Origin: an uncultured Nitrospiraceae bacterium | GTDB taxonomy: Bacteria; Nitrospirota; Thermodesulfovibrionia; Thermodesulfovibrionales; Dissulfurispiraceae | DNA: 64,000 bases | Direction: 5' to 3' | Assembly (NCBI GenBank): GCA_963727805.1 | Contig: CAVSHF010000005.1 | Coordinates: 96,001-160,000, forward strand | In this document: positions 51,319-62,574 of the stretch, piece by piece | How positions within the stretch are numbered: the first letter of the stretch is position 1 | Layout: each line of letters starts with the position of its first letter | Program-made: the position numbers and the translations under genes | The notes under the pieces: model-generated | What the model was told of the DNA's origin: nothing | Databases searched by the model: none | The model's input: only the letters and a program-made list of their open reading frames with translations

Positions 51319-52269
51319 ATGGGAAAAAGTCCAGCACAGGGAACCAAAGAGATTAAAGTGCTCGCCGTCAGCTTGGATAACAAGGCCAAGAGACTTGATA
51401 TTTTTATAGCCGAAAGTATCGGAATCACCCGGTCTCAGGTGCAGAAGCTAATCAAGGAAAGACTCGTCTCAGTCAATGGAAAATTTGAAGCTCCCGCATA
51501 CCGAGTCCGTCTGTCCGACACGGTAGAAATATCCATTCTCAAACAGTGTGGTGAAGCTCTTATTCCTGAAAAACTTCCCCTGAAAATATTTTTCATGGAC
51601 GATTACCTTGCCGTTGTCGATAAACCGGCTGGCATGGTGGTGTATCCTTCTGCGGGGCATGCCGGCGGCACCCTGATGAATGCGGTGGCGTATTATGCGC
51701 CAAAACTTGCATCGATCGGCGGCGGCCTGCGGCCTGGCGTCGTCCATCGACTTGACAAGGATACCTCCGGCGTGATGGTAGTTGCGCTGGATGACGCCGC
51801 TTACTATGATCTCATCGAACAGTTCAAAAAAAGAACGATACACAGAAAATATGTGGCCCTCGTATCAGGCCGTTTAAAAGATGATTCAGGAGAGATTAAG
51901 CTCAAGATCGGCCGATCAGATACGGACAGGAAAAAGATGTCAACGCGCACAAGGTGCGGAAAGGAAGCAATGACGCGCTGGACGGTGCTCAAAAGACTCC
52001 ACCTGGCAACTTTAATTGAGGCAAGACTCGGAACTGGAAGGACGCACCAGATTCGTGTCCATTTTGCAGCTGTAGGCCATCCCGTGCTCGGAGATCGCAC
52101 GTACGGCAAAATAAACAGTGTCGAATTACGGGCTAAAAAAGTCTTTATCCCCCGTCAGATGCTCCATGCCGAGACGCTTGGATTCACCCATCCTTACACC
52201 CAGCAGTTCCTTGAATTCTCTTCGCCGGTCCCTGATGATATCAAGGAATGCATAGAAATTATGAGTTGA
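51319..52269 (+). CDS. rluD: RluA-family 23S rRNA pseudouridine synthase (RluD-like, S4 domain)
   Basis: RLD S4 motif, KPAGMVV, VHRLDKDTSG, TGRTHQIRVH, QMLHA. Confidence 0.92.
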   Translation: MGKSPAQGTKEIKVLAVSLDNKAKRLDIFIAESIGITRSQVQKLIKERLVSVNGKFEAPAYRVRLSDTVEISILKQCGEALIPEKLPLKIFFMDDYLAVVDKPAGMVVYPSAGHAGGTLMNAVAYYAPKLASIGGGLRPGVVHRLDKDTSGVMVVALDDAAYYDLIEQFKKRTIHRKYVALVSGRLKDDSGEIKLKIGRSDTDRKKMSTRTRCGKEAMTRWTVLKRLHLATLIEARLGTGRTHQIRVHFAAVGHPVLGDRTYGKINSVELRAKKVFIPRQMLHAETLGFTHPYTQQFLEFSSPVPDDIKECIEIMS

Positions 52270-52891
52270 AGGGTGAGGTGTATGTTTCCGCGCCTGTTCA
52301 TACACTTTTCTTCGTCGCCGACATAGACCATTTTTTTTCGACTTTCATTGATCTCCCTCACAGGATGTAACATGGACCCTTGTCTCTCGTGTGTCTCTTT
52401 CTCCACAATCAGCCTTTCGCTGATATTTGTGACTAATATCACCAAAATTGCATATTCCTCATTTTGGGTCTTTTATTGTGGATGATTTTTTGCAATAATA
52501 AAGCTGGAAAGTAAAGTGTATCGCGCTGTGATGGGTTCCTTGAAATTAGCCGTTTGCTAGAGTTACTAATGATGCAAATAACGTGCGGCGAAACAAACTA
52601 TACGTCGCCTTGATCTGGTGGTTAAGATAAGGACAGCGTGCACAATGTTAATCACATACTCAATATGGAGAATGAAAAGCCGGGGTTCAGAGTGTCTGTG
52701 CCCTGCAGGGAATCAAATGCAGATCTTCATTTGATTCCTCAAGTGCCCTGAATTTGATTTTACTTTATCATTAATGTATTTCAGCAAACAAATGTCGGTG
52801 TTCATCCTATAGATGAGTTAGATTTTTTCCTACATAAAAATAGGTATATTGCTGATAAAAAGTTGGACTGCAATCAGTTAAAATTGTACAT

Positions 52892-53341
52892 ATGGAGGTG
52901 AATATGTTTAACGCAAATGCGATTCAGACATCTGAGCAAAGAGTTTCCTTCTTTCTGAACACATCTGAAATAAGCGTGCCCAGAAATAGCAACAACATTC
53001 TCATTGTGGATGATGACTGCGATATACTGGCTAGACTTTCTCAAAGTTTTGCAATGTGCGCAAAACACTATCACATTTTAACCGCAAAAAATGGGAAGGA
53101 AGCATTAGAAGTGCTCCAATCATTTCCGGTGGACATTCTGCTGACAGCTCTTGACATGCCTGTCATGAATGGGTTCTCTCTCACGAGTTATACAAGAATC
53201 TATTATCCTGCCACGCGGACATTTGTCATGTCGAGAGATGAACCCTCTGCAGTAATAAATAAATTACCTGAATCCGGAATTCACGGATATATCAAAAAGC
53301 CATTCGCCATTGAAACGATTTATAGTACTTTACGACTTTAA
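52892..53341 (+). CDS. Receiver-domain protein, phosphoacceptor Asp apparently replaced
   Basis: ILIVDDD, LLTALDMP, KKPF. Confidence 0.8.
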   Translation: MEVNMFNANAIQTSEQRVSFFLNTSEISVPRNSNNILIVDDDCDILARLSQSFAMCAKHYHILTAKNGKEALEVLQSFPVDILLTALDMPVMNGFSLTSYTRIYYPATRTFVMSRDEPSAVINKLPESGIHGYIKKPFAIETIYSTLRL

Positions 53342-53423
53342 GGGTGCTTATTTCGTGTTATGCAGTACCATGCCGATAAGCAGTCCCTACTTTTTCTTCT
53401 CTACAAAAAAGTCGTGGACTTTA

Positions 53424-53972
53424 TTATGCAGCCGTTCCTTTCATTGATGCCTGTATTCCTTTACTGAACTCCGTGGGAACAGTTGTTGCTCTTGCCGCGA
53501 GTTCCCTATCGAGCATCATTAGTCCATTGGGATCATCCCTGATAATCTTTAACTGGGAGATGATTTCATTATCGTTGCTCTCCTCTTCGACTTGCTCGGT
53601 CACATACCATTGCAAAAATATCTGCGATGCATGATCCTTTTCAGCAAGAGCAACTTCCATCAAATCATCAATGGATTTAGTGATAAACTGTTCATGATCG
53701 AGGGTTTTGTTAAATGCATCCAGGGGAGACTCAAATTCTGAGGGTGGCTGTTGCAGCGCTTTTAAAAGGATGCTGCCTCCCTGGAGATTCATGTATTCAT
53801 AAATTTTCATAGCATGCATCATTTCTTCATGATATTGAACCATGAACCAGTTTGCAAAGCCTTTAAGACCGTTATGAGAAAAATGGGCTGACATTGACAT
53901 ATAAAGATACGCCGAATACATTTCTCGATTCATTTGCTCATTCAAGGCGTCTTCCATTTTCTTACCGAGCAT
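53424..53972 (-). CDS. ftnA: Non-heme ferritin
   Basis: EMYSAYLY, EEMMHA, HEQ, EQVEEE ferroxidase motifs. Confidence 0.93.
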   Translation of the reverse strand: MLGKKMEDALNEQMNREMYSAYLYMSMSAHFSHNGLKGFANWFMVQYHEEMMHAMKIYEYMNLQGGSILLKALQQPPSEFESPLDAFNKTLDHEQFITKSIDDLMEVALAEKDHASQIFLQWYVTEQVEEESNDNEIISQLKIIRDDPNGLMMLDRELAARATTVPTEFSKGIQASMKGTAA

Positions 53973-54210
53973 AATTGACCTCCTGATGTTTTGCCGGCTT
54001 TATAGCCGTTATTTCAGACCTTCTCTTTCCCACTTCATGCAAGGGCTTATTAAACAAGACATAATTAGAAAAAATACTTTTTTGCAGCTGCATTTTTTTA
54101 GTATATCATATGTGCTGCGAGCTGTCGTTACAACTTTCTGAAGCACTCCCGATTTAATATGTAACTCTTACGCTTTCATGCTTCCTTATGGTATTATATT
54201 ACTCTTAAAC

Positions 54211-54287
54211 GCGCCCATAGCTCAGCTGGATAGAGCGTCAGACTACGAATCTGTAGGCCGGGGGTTCGAATCCTCCTGGGCGCGCCA
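54211..54287 (+). tRNA. tRNA-Arg(ACG)
   Basis: GCGCCCA...TGGGCGC-GCCA cloverleaf, anticodon loop CTACGAA, TTCGAAT. Confidence 0.96.
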
Positions 54288-54415
54288 TTTTCTCGCCTCC
54301 TTCCATTTCCCTGTTGAAAGCACCAGATTACAAGGACTTTCCTTGACAGCGGCGGTGCTGAATTGGTAAATTACCACACTATTTAAATCTATATATAGAG
54401 AGGGGTGAGTTACGA

Positions 54416-54616
54416 ATGCCCTCTGTTAAAGTCAGGGACAACGAATCGCTCGATTCGGCTCTCAAGCTTTTCAAGAAGCAGTGCGAGCGTGAAGGCATTC
54501 TTTCGGAAGTAAAGAAGCGGGAGTTTTACGACAAACCGAGCGTGAAGAAGAAGAAAAAGATTATTGCCGCCCGGAAGAAGGCTTCCAAAAAACCAAGGTC
54601 TTACGCTGCGAGGTAA
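54416..54616 (+). CDS. rpsU: 30S ribosomal protein S21
   Basis: [21 protein letters not shown]...FYDKPS. Confidence 0.96.
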   Translation: MPSVKVRDNESLDSALKLFKKQCEREGILSEVKKREFYDKPSVKKKKKIIAARKKASKKPRSYAAR

Positions 54617-54619
54617 TGG

Positions 54620-55075
54620 TTGGCTTTTCTCGACGATCTTAACGCGGTCTTGAAGGAGGCCTTAAAATCCAGGGATGATCTCAAAGTTTCCGTCATCCGG
54701 ATGATAAAGGCCTCCTTAAAGTATAAAGAGATCGAGAAGATGAGCAGTCTTACAGATGCCGATATCCTATCGGTCCTTTCAACCCTCGCAAAACAGCGAC
54801 GGGAATCTATCGAGCAGTTCTCCGCTGCTGGTAGGACCGACCTTGCCGACAAAGAAACAAAAGAACTCGAAATCATCCGGTCGTATCTTCCCAATCAGCT
54901 TTCACTGTCTGAGCTCGATGATATCATCCGCTCTTCGATCAGTGAGTCTGGGGCAACGACTCTCAACGACCTTGGTAAGGTAATGAAGGTCCTCATGCCG
55001 AAGGTCAAGGGTGTGGCTGACGGAAAGATAGTCAATCTGCGTGTTAAAGAAGTCTTGACAACAATTTCTCAGTAG
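54620..55075 (+). CDS. GatB/YqeY domain protein
   Basis: KQRRESIEQF..AGRTDLA, YLP, GKVM; follows rpsU. Confidence 0.93.
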   Translation: MAFLDDLNAVLKEALKSRDDLKVSVIRMIKASLKYKEIEKMSSLTDADILSVLSTLAKQRRESIEQFSAAGRTDLADKETKELEIIRSYLPNQLSLSELDDIIRSSISESGATTLNDLGKVMKVLMPKVKGVADGKIVNLRVKEVLTTISQ

Positions 55076-55104
55076 CAAATTTCACCATATAAGGAAGACC
55101 CTCT

Positions 55105-56061
55105 ATGAAGCTTTCCGAACTTTACAAGAAAGCGATCTCTACCGGCATCGACAACGATCCCCGCGGCAGGGTCGCCGTCATCAAAGAACTTGAAATTGCA
55201 AATAAAAAATACGAAGATCTCAAGCCGAGGGAAAAGGAAACCTTCGATAGTGAGACCCTCATTAACCCTTACTCCGATTCACGGATACTCTTCGGGAGCG
55301 GTGACGAAGATATAACTAGCATCATGGTCGGGATCGATATCGATGTGGGGGAGATACTTCTGGCAGAAAATCTGCGGGGTAAGAATACAGATATAGATCT
55401 TCTTGTTTCGCATCATCCTGCAGGACGCGCATTCGGAAACCTTTTCTCCGTCATCTACATGCAGGCCGACATTCTTCGGCGCTTCGGCGTTCCTATCAAT
55501 ATCGCCGAGAGCCTGATGGAAGGACGGGCCAAAGAGATTGAACGACGTCTCATGCCGGCAAACCATGCACGATCGGTCGATGCGGCGCGGCTCCTAGAAC
55601 TACCTTTCATGTGCCTTCACACGCCTGCCGACAATATGGTGGCCAACTATCTGCAAAATCTCTTCGCCGATAAAGAACCCAAGCGACTTGAAGATATCAT
55701 CGAACTTTTGCGCGATATTCCCGAATACATGCACGCTGAAAAATATAATGCTGGGCCAAAGGTCCTGCTCGGCTCTGACACAAGAACGGCCGGTAAGATC
55801 TTTGTCGACATGACCGGCGGCACCGAAGGCGCAAGGGATATAATAAAGAGCCTCAGCCAGAGCGGCGTTAATACCATTGTCGGCATGCACATGAGCGAGG
55901 AGCACAGGAAGGAAGCCGAACGTCATCACATTAATGTTGTCATCGCCGGACACATCGCAAGCGATACACTCGGACTGAATCTTCTCTTCGATCGGGTAAT
56001 TGACGACGGGAAGATCAGCGTGGTGGAATGCTCGGGGTTCAAAAGAGTATTGAGAAACTAA
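55105..56061 (+). CDS. NIF3-like metal-binding protein
   Basis: NPYSD, HHP, HTPADN, MH, GHIASD. Confidence 0.85.
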   Translation: MKLSELYKKAISTGIDNDPRGRVAVIKELEIANKKYEDLKPREKETFDSETLINPYSDSRILFGSGDEDITSIMVGIDIDVGEILLAENLRGKNTDIDLLVSHHPAGRAFGNLFSVIYMQADILRRFGVPINIAESLMEGRAKEIERRLMPANHARSVDAARLLELPFMCLHTPADNMVANYLQNLFADKEPKRLEDIIELLRDIPEYMHAEKYNAGPKVLLGSDTRTAGKIFVDMTGGTEGARDIIKSLSQSGVNTIVGMHMSEEHRKEAERHHINVVIAGHIASDTLGLNLLFDRVIDDGKISVVECSGFKRVLRN

Positions 56062-56094
56062 TCCCCAGCCCCGAAACAGAACAGGCAAAAGCAC

Positions 56095-57831
56095 ATGAAA
56101 AATGACGGACAAATCGATGAAATAAAATCGCGGATCGACATTCATGACCTGATCGCGGAATACGTGGATCTCAAACGCTCAGGCCAAAACTATAAAGGCC
56201 TATGCCCGTTCCATTCAGAAAAAACACCCTCTTTCATGGTAAGTCCCTCAAAGCAGATATTCCATTGTTTCGGCTGCAACAAGGGAGGAGATATCTTCTC
56301 TTTCATCATGAATTATGAGAACATGACATTCAGCGAGGCCCTCTCATTCCTCGCTAATAAAGCCGGCGTTCAGATTGAAGTCATGCGCCATGATGACCCC
56401 GACAAGGGCATTAAGGAGGCCCTCTTCGCAATTCATGAGGAGGCCCGGCGCTTCTTTACTGCCAATCTAAAAAGCTCAAAACATGCCCTAGCCTATCTCG
56501 CTGAAAGAGGTATAGAGCCGGAAACCATCGAACAATTCTCCCTTGGATATGCAAAAAACGAAAGGGATTCTCTGCTGCGACATCTCAGGGCTGCGGGTTT
56601 TTCCGACCGACAGCTGAAGTCTTCGGGCCTTGCCTATTTCGGGGAAACAGAAGTGCACGATTTATTCAGAGACCGACTGCTTTTCCCCATCTTTGATCTC
56701 AGGGGCAAAGTAGTGGCCTTTGGCGGAAGGACTCTATCGCCATCGAAGAATATTCCTAAATATCTCAATTCGCCTGAAAATCCTATTTTCAGGAAGGGCG
56801 AATCGTGTTATGCCCTTAACATCGCAAAAAAACATATTGCAAATAAGGGCTACGTCATTATTGTCGAGGGGAACTTTGACGTGATCGTCTGTCACCAATT
56901 CGGGTTTCCGAATACTGTGGCGCCTCTCGGAACTGCCTTGACTGCCGGTCATCTGAAGAAGCTCAAGAAATGCACAAACAAGGTGCTGCTCACCTTCGAT
57001 GCAGACCCCGCAGGGATAGCCGCAGCAAAAAGGGTGATTGAGTTGGTGTACGCCGAGGGTCTGATTTCGAAGATCGTCCTGTTGAGCGAAGGAGAAGACC
57101 CTGATACCTTCCTGAGAAAATACGGTGCTGAACAATTCAAGAATTTTCTTGCAAAGGCGTTATCGCCAGTTCGTTTCTTTCTATCCCGGGCTGGCAAGAG
57201 CAAAATAGACGGGGTACGCCAGTTTCTTACGATACTTTCATCCTGCCATGACCCCCTTCTCAGGGATGATGCACTCAGGGAACTTTCGGACCTGGCAAGT
57301 GAAAAAGTGCTCCGGCAAGAGCTGGCAATTATTGCCCGGAAAACGTCCGAGGCTAACCGCCAGTTCCGTGCTTCTAGTCCGGAACAAAGCGCTCCCTCCT
57401 CAACCGGTGAAATGACCAAGGAAGAGGAGATCTTGCTCAACATCACGTTTTCGCTTCCGAGATTGGCACGCCGCATAGCTGAGCGCGTCGACATCGCGAA
57501 CCTCGAAAATCCGCTCGCAAAGAAGCTCTTCGAGAAGATCCTTGCTTTCCCACAGGATGATACACTATCGATTGATATTTTTTTGACAGACTGCAGCCCA
57601 GAGGAACGGACTCTCATCTCTAAATTATCGATCGACCCCGGAATCGACATGAATGAAATTGCTCAGAACATCGATGATTGCATCAACAAGATCAGACTCA
57701 AGAGTATCAACAAGAGGATTTTCGTCGCAAAAAGCATGGGAGACGCTGACTCCCTGCGCATGCTTCTTCGTGAAAGGACAACGCTCATGCAAAAGCCTGT
57801 TGAACTTTTTCAATCAAAACGCACACAATAG
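56095..57831 (+). CDS. dnaG: DNA primase
   Basis: [11 protein letters not shown]...CFGC zinc finger, KYLNSPE, EG..D TOPRIM, DPD. Confidence 0.97.
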   Translation: MKNDGQIDEIKSRIDIHDLIAEYVDLKRSGQNYKGLCPFHSEKTPSFMVSPSKQIFHCFGCNKGGDIFSFIMNYENMTFSEALSFLANKAGVQIEVMRHDDPDKGIKEALFAIHEEARRFFTANLKSSKHALAYLAERGIEPETIEQFSLGYAKNERDSLLRHLRAAGFSDRQLKSSGLAYFGETEVHDLFRDRLLFPIFDLRGKVVAFGGRTLSPSKNIPKYLNSPENPIFRKGESCYALNIAKKHIANKGYVIIVEGNFDVIVCHQFGFPNTVAPLGTALTAGHLKKLKKCTNKVLLTFDADPAGIAAAKRVIELVYAEGLISKIVLLSEGEDPDTFLRKYGAEQFKNFLAKALSPVRFFLSRAGKSKIDGVRQFLTILSSCHDPLLRDDALRELSDLASEKVLRQELAIIARKTSEANRQFRASSPEQSAPSSTGEMTKEEEILLNITFSLPRLARRIAERVDIANLENPLAKKLFEKILAFPQDDTLSIDIFLTDCSPEERTLISKLSIDPGIDMNEIAQNIDDCINKIRLKSINKRIFVAKSMGDADSLRMLLRERTTLMQKPVELFQSKRTQ

Positions 57832-57845
57832 ACGAGGAGGTTTCT

Positions 57846-59390
57846 TTGAAGGATCCCTTTGATAGATACACGGAAGACTTTGGCGGCGACGATGACGATG
57901 AGTCCTCTGAGGACCTTCCCCAAAACCTCGCAGAGGTTTCCGGTGAAGATTCGTTCCATGAGAGCGATGCTGTCGAAATTGGCGAACCTGCGGGCGATTC
58001 TGATCAGGAGTTTGATCCGCTCAAGTCCTATCTGAAAGGCATCAGTGCGATTCCCTTGCTCACTAGAGAAGGGGAGGTCGATATTGCCCGCCAGATCGAA
58101 AAAGGAAAGGAGCGGATAGAGAACACCCTGTTCATTATTCCCTTTGTCATACGGAAGCTCATCATGCTTGGCAAACTCGTTGAAAATGGTGAGGCCCCCA
58201 TCATCGACCTGATCCAGGATAGCGAAGATCTCCTAGAAGAAGACCTTTACGAAGAGAAGCAGCGTTTTTCCATAATTACGATGGAAATAGCCGCTCTCGT
58301 AAAGAAACATCAATTATTAGACGATTCAGCTTCTTACAACAAAAAAATCCGAAGTCATCAGGTGGAGAGTCACACGCGGGGAAACAGCACAATAGCGGAG
58401 AGCAAGGCCCGGATCATTGAAAAGATCAAAGAGTTGAACCTCAGGGGTGATGTAGTCCTCGCTTTTTTCGAAGAATTGAGAAAAATGGCAGAACAGGTGG
58501 AAGTTCTCCAGGAAAAAGTCCGATCTCTTAAGAAATCGCGAAGTGATAAAGAGGTGGCTGAATACCTTGCAGAAATTGCCCGGATAGAAGATTCCTTCGG
58601 GGTAAGCAGTCCTGAAATTAGAAAAATCTCACAGGAAGTGCTTGATGCCGACCAAGCGGTCATCATTGCCAAGAGCAAGCTTATCGAAGCCAATCTCAGA
58701 TTGGTTATAAGCGTCGCCAAGAGATATATCGGGAAGGGTCTCATACTGGGGGATCTGATTCAGGAAGGGAATATCGGGCTCATGCGCGCCGTCGACAAGT
58801 TTGAATACCAGAGGGGCTACAAGTTCAGCACCTATGCTACGTGGTGGATACGGCAGGCTATAAGCAGGGCACTTGCCGACCAGTCACGGACAATCAGGAT
58901 TCCAGTCCACATGATCGAGAACATCAATCGAGTCAACAGAACAGCAAAACAGCTTGTGCAGGAGGCAGGCTCGGACCCCGACCCCGAAGAGATCTCGGAG
59001 CGGTCGAAAATCCCCGTCAGCCGTGTGAGAAATATCCTAAAAATAACGAAAGAGCCCATCTCGATTGAAACCCCCATCGGTGACGAAGACGATGCGATGC
59101 TCAAAGACTTCATCGAAGACAAATCCATCCTGTCGCCGCTCGATAACGCAATACAGGACGATCTCAAATCCCAAATCGACAAGGTGCTCTGTACCCTTTC
59201 ACCCAAGGAGCAATTAGTGATACGGAGGAGGTACGGCCTCGGCGAAGACACTCCCCGTACACTTGAAGAAGTGGGGCAGGAGTTCGATGTGACAAGGGAG
59301 CGGATAAGACAAATCGAGGTAAAGGCAATCCGCAAGTTGAAGCATCCATCCCGGAACAAGTGGCTAAGGGATTTCCTGAATAAACCTTGA
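57846..59390 (+). CDS. rpoD: Primary sigma factor
   Basis: [40 protein letters not shown]. Confidence 0.95.
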   Translation: MKDPFDRYTEDFGGDDDDESSEDLPQNLAEVSGEDSFHESDAVEIGEPAGDSDQEFDPLKSYLKGISAIPLLTREGEVDIARQIEKGKERIENTLFIIPFVIRKLIMLGKLVENGEAPIIDLIQDSEDLLEEDLYEEKQRFSIITMEIAALVKKHQLLDDSASYNKKIRSHQVESHTRGNSTIAESKARIIEKIKELNLRGDVVLAFFEELRKMAEQVEVLQEKVRSLKKSRSDKEVAEYLAEIARIEDSFGVSSPEIRKISQEVLDADQAVIIAKSKLIEANLRLVISVAKRYIGKGLILGDLIQEGNIGLMRAVDKFEYQRGYKFSTYATWWIRQAISRALADQSRTIRIPVHMIENINRVNRTAKQLVQEAGSDPDPEEISERSKIPVSRVRNILKITKEPISIETPIGDEDDAMLKDFIEDKSILSPLDNAIQDDLKSQIDKVLCTLSPKEQLVIRRRYGLGEDTPRTLEEVGQEFDVTRERIRQIEVKAIRKLKHPSRNKWLRDFLNKP

Positions 59391-59497
59391 TTCCGGCCTT
59401 GACTTGTGGGACTCTTTGAGTTTATAGTAAACGCTTACAAGCGTAGACACCGCGCCGCTTGCGGCATGGGCGGACCATCGATTCGTCTGCTTAGCGC

Positions 59498-59573
59498 GGG
59501 CCCATAGCTCAGCTGGTAGAGCTACCGGCTCATAACCGGTTGGTCCCAGGTTCGAGTCCTGGTGGGCCCACCA
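59498..59573 (+). tRNA. tRNA with CAT anticodon, probably tRNA-Ile2 (lysidine) rather than Met
   Basis: GGGCCCA...TGGGCCC-ACCA cloverleaf, CTCATAA loop, paired 1:72 so not an initiator; position near rpoD resembles ileX. Confidence 0.9.
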
Positions 59574-59641
59574 AATATTTTCAGTTAGTATCCCGGTAGC
59601 AGGCCGGACAGCCCCAGTTAAGCGGATGGAGAGGAGTATTC

Positions 59642-60382
59642 GTGGAACAAGAGTTGCACCTATTGGTTGATTTGCAGAAGCTTGACTCAAATATCCTTGC
59701 CCTCCGCTACAAGATTGACTCGATGCCTTCCCATATCGCAGCCGAAGAAGCCCCGTATAAAGCAGCGCTTAAGGCCTACGAAGCTACACACCAGCAGCTC
59801 CTTTCACTCGAAAAGAAAAAGAAGGATAAGGAACGTCTGATTGAAGACTTGGCGGATAAGATCAACAAGCTCAGGGCCCGTGCCTCGGAGATCAAGACAA
59901 ACAAGGAGTATCAGGCTCATTTAAAGGAAATTGAGTCGGTCGAGTTAGAGATCCGTTTGGCTGAAGATGAAGTCCTCTCGCTGATGGAGGTCATCGAAAA
60001 CGTATCTAAACAAGCGGAAGCCGAGAATGCCCGCCTCACGGATACAAAGACTAAAGCGGAAGCGCTCAATAAGGAGAGGGACAAGGAAATCGCATTTATT
60101 GAACAGGAGTTGCAGGCCTTAAAAGAAAAGAGACACCTTCTTGCAGATAAAGTCGATCGCGAGTTGTACACTCGCTACATGAACCTCCTCAAGACGGGAA
60201 GGGGTTGTGCCGTGGCTGAAGTAAAGAAAGAGGTTTGCCAGGGCTGTAATATGAACATACCGCCACAGCTTTTCGTCGAGATAAAAAGCAGCGGCACTCT
60301 TTTCCAGTGCCCGCAATGCAGGCGAATATTGTATTACGCCAAGCCCGCTGACGAACCACAGGAAACTGCAGATGGGAATTGA
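59642..60382 (+). CDS. Coiled-coil protein with C4 zinc ribbon (DUF164-like)
   Basis: Long coiled coil, CQGC...CPQCRRIL. Confidence 0.9.
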   Translation: MEQELHLLVDLQKLDSNILALRYKIDSMPSHIAAEEAPYKAALKAYEATHQQLLSLEKKKKDKERLIEDLADKINKLRARASEIKTNKEYQAHLKEIESVELEIRLAEDEVLSLMEVIENVSKQAEAENARLTDTKTKAEALNKERDKEIAFIEQELQALKEKRHLLADKVDRELYTRYMNLLKTGRGCAVAEVKKEVCQGCNMNIPPQLFVEIKSSGTLFQCPQCRRILYYAKPADEPQETADGN

Positions 60383-60488
60383 TACCTGCCGCCCTTAACT
60401 AACCTCATCTCAACGCTTTTGCCCTCCTTCAAAACTCGCTTGCCATGCCTAATTTACTTATAAATAAAGTTTATGCTATATTAAAGCT

Positions 60489-61418
60489 ATGGGAATGGAA
60501 GATCATAAACTCAAAGTTTTCTGTACTGTTGCAGAAACGAAAAGTTTCTCAAAGACGTCCGAGATTATTCATCTGACACAACCCGCGGTAAGCCTTCAGG
60601 TGCAGGCTCTCGAAGATATCTATGAGACAAAACTTTTCGACCGGACGAGCGGTTCTATTCACTTGACCGTGGCAGGTGAGGTTCTGTACAAATACGCCAA
60701 GGACATACTGGCCCTTTACGCCCTTGCCGAAAAGGACATCTCCAAAATCACGGGCCTCGTAAAAGGGAGCATCAAGATCGGCGCCGGTACTACTTTTGGG
60801 AACCATATCCTGCCGAGCGTCATCGTCGATTTCAAAAACTCCCACCCCAAAATCGAAATCGATGTATTTATAGGGAATACGAAGCGGATCATGGATCTCC
60901 TGCATTCGGGCGCCGTCGATGTGGGCATCGTCGGAGAAGTACCCTCGAAGAGCAAGGTCGTCGTGGAACCGATAATGGCTGATGAGCTTTTTATAATCGT
61001 GCCGCCCCAGCATCCGTGGGCAAAGAAGAAGTTCGTCTCCATTGCCGAAATCGTGAAGGAGCCGATTGTTTTCAGAGAGGAAGGCTCAGGCACCAGGCAG
61101 GTGATCGAAAAACATCTGGTTGACAACGGCATCAATCTCTCCGACCTACAGATTGCCGTTATCCTCGGCAGCACAAGCTCAATAAAAGAGGCAGTAGAAA
61201 GGGGCATGGGGATATCAATTGTTTCCAAGTGGGCTGTTAGAAAAGAGGTGTATCGGGGCCATCTTAAGGCAATTTCGCCAAAGGAGGGCAAGATAGCCCG
61301 GGAATTCTCGCTGGTAATTCCAAAAAATACGATCCTTCCCCATGCGGTCGATGAGTTCATCGTCTTTCTTAAGGCGTATTCCTATGATAAGATGCTCAAC
61401 GAATACAAAATGGCTTGA
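60489..61418 (+). CDS. LysR-family regulator (CysL-like / selenium-metabolism-associated type)
   Basis: SFSK...LTQPAVS HTH, REEGSGTR; convergent with selD. Confidence 0.9.
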   Translation: MGMEDHKLKVFCTVAETKSFSKTSEIIHLTQPAVSLQVQALEDIYETKLFDRTSGSIHLTVAGEVLYKYAKDILALYALAEKDISKITGLVKGSIKIGAGTTFGNHILPSVIVDFKNSHPKIEIDVFIGNTKRIMDLLHSGAVDVGIVGEVPSKSKVVVEPIMADELFIIVPPQHPWAKKKFVSIAEIVKEPIVFREEGSGTRQVIEKHLVDNGINLSDLQIAVILGSTSSIKEAVERGMGISIVSKWAVRKEVYRGHLKAISPKEGKIAREFSLVIPKNTILPHAVDEFIVFLKAYSYDKMLNEYKMA

Positions 61419-62429
61419 TTATGCAACGTTCACCTTTCCGGACCCTTTCTCAACTTTTCCGATAACTGCAAAAAATACCGAGGATTTTTCAAAAAAACTC
61501 ACATCGTCACCTTTCATCGTTATCAAGAGTCCCCCCGACGTCTGAGGATCGGAAAGCAGGAGCTTATGCTCTTCGCTCATTCCCGCCCGGAAGGCAACCT
61601 TTCCGTCAAGATAGCGAAGGTTATGATAGGCGCCTTCTGGCACCATACCGGCATCAATCATCTCCTTCACTCTGTTCAAAACAGGAACACGGTCGTTATG
61701 GATGACAAAATCAAGGCCCGTTCCGGTGACCATGTTCAGAGCATGTCCCAAAAGTCCGAATCCCGTGACATCAGTGCACGCAGTCGCCCCGGCACTAACC
61801 GCAACCATCGAAGCCGCTTCATTGAGTGTCAACATCCATTCGACAGCAGGGATTATATCGTCGTCAGACAGCTTGCCACCTTTGAGAGCGGTAGTGAGTA
61901 TGCCGATGCCGAGAGGCTTGGTTAAGATGAGCACGTCGCCTTCGACAGCGCCGCCCACCCTCAAGATATTGTCCTTGTTGACAACGCCCGTGACGGAAAG
62001 ACCGAATTTTATTTCATTGTCTTCAAAGCTGTGTCCGCCTATCAGAACTGCACCCGCATGCTTCAACGAGGCGATAGCTCCTTTAAGGATCTCTTTTAAC
62101 ACGGCCGGCTCATAATCGCAGGAAGGAAAGCCGGCAACGGCCAATGCTGTGAGGGGCCGTCCCCCCATCGCATAGACATCGCTCATGGAATTAGTGGCGC
62201 TGATAGCACCGAAAGTAAAAGGGTCGTTTACAACCGGAGTGATTACGTCGACGGTCTCCACTACTGCCTGGTCTCCGATCAGATAGACCCCGGCATCATC
62301 GCCAGGACCAACAAGCACGTTGGAGGCGCCGTTGCAGCGGATATCGCTGATTATCTCTTCGAGGTCCGACGGACCTATCTTTGCCGCTCAGCCTGCGGCC
62401 TTCACCTTTTCTGTCAACCGATAGTTCAT
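61419..62429 (-). CDS. selD: Selenide, water dikinase (selenoprotein; UGA at codon 14)
   Basis: MNYRLTEKVKAAG-U-AAKIG is in frame with the tracked ORF; DDAG, SDVYAMGG, DVTGFGL, DPQTSGGLL. Confidence 0.95.
62362..62376 (-). promoter_or_regulatory. Bacterial SECIS-like hairpin
   Basis: AGGUC-CGUCG-GACCU begins 11 nt after the UGA (62388-62390). Confidence 0.75.
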
Positions 62430-62574
62430 AATATTATTAGTATACGAGTCTGAAGATAAAGGGTAAAGGGCACACGTTTCAAAAAGGTAGTCCCTTAATT
62501 TTCATATCAAACACACGACAAAAACTGCTATCTGCTGAGCAAAAGGGTTGTCATAGTGTTCCACATCTCTATCA

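Noticed and set aside
52270..52890. Long intergenic region with hairpins as a candidate c-di-GMP riboswitch or sRNA
   Set aside because: Hairpins are present, but no recognisable family consensus; needs an Rfam search
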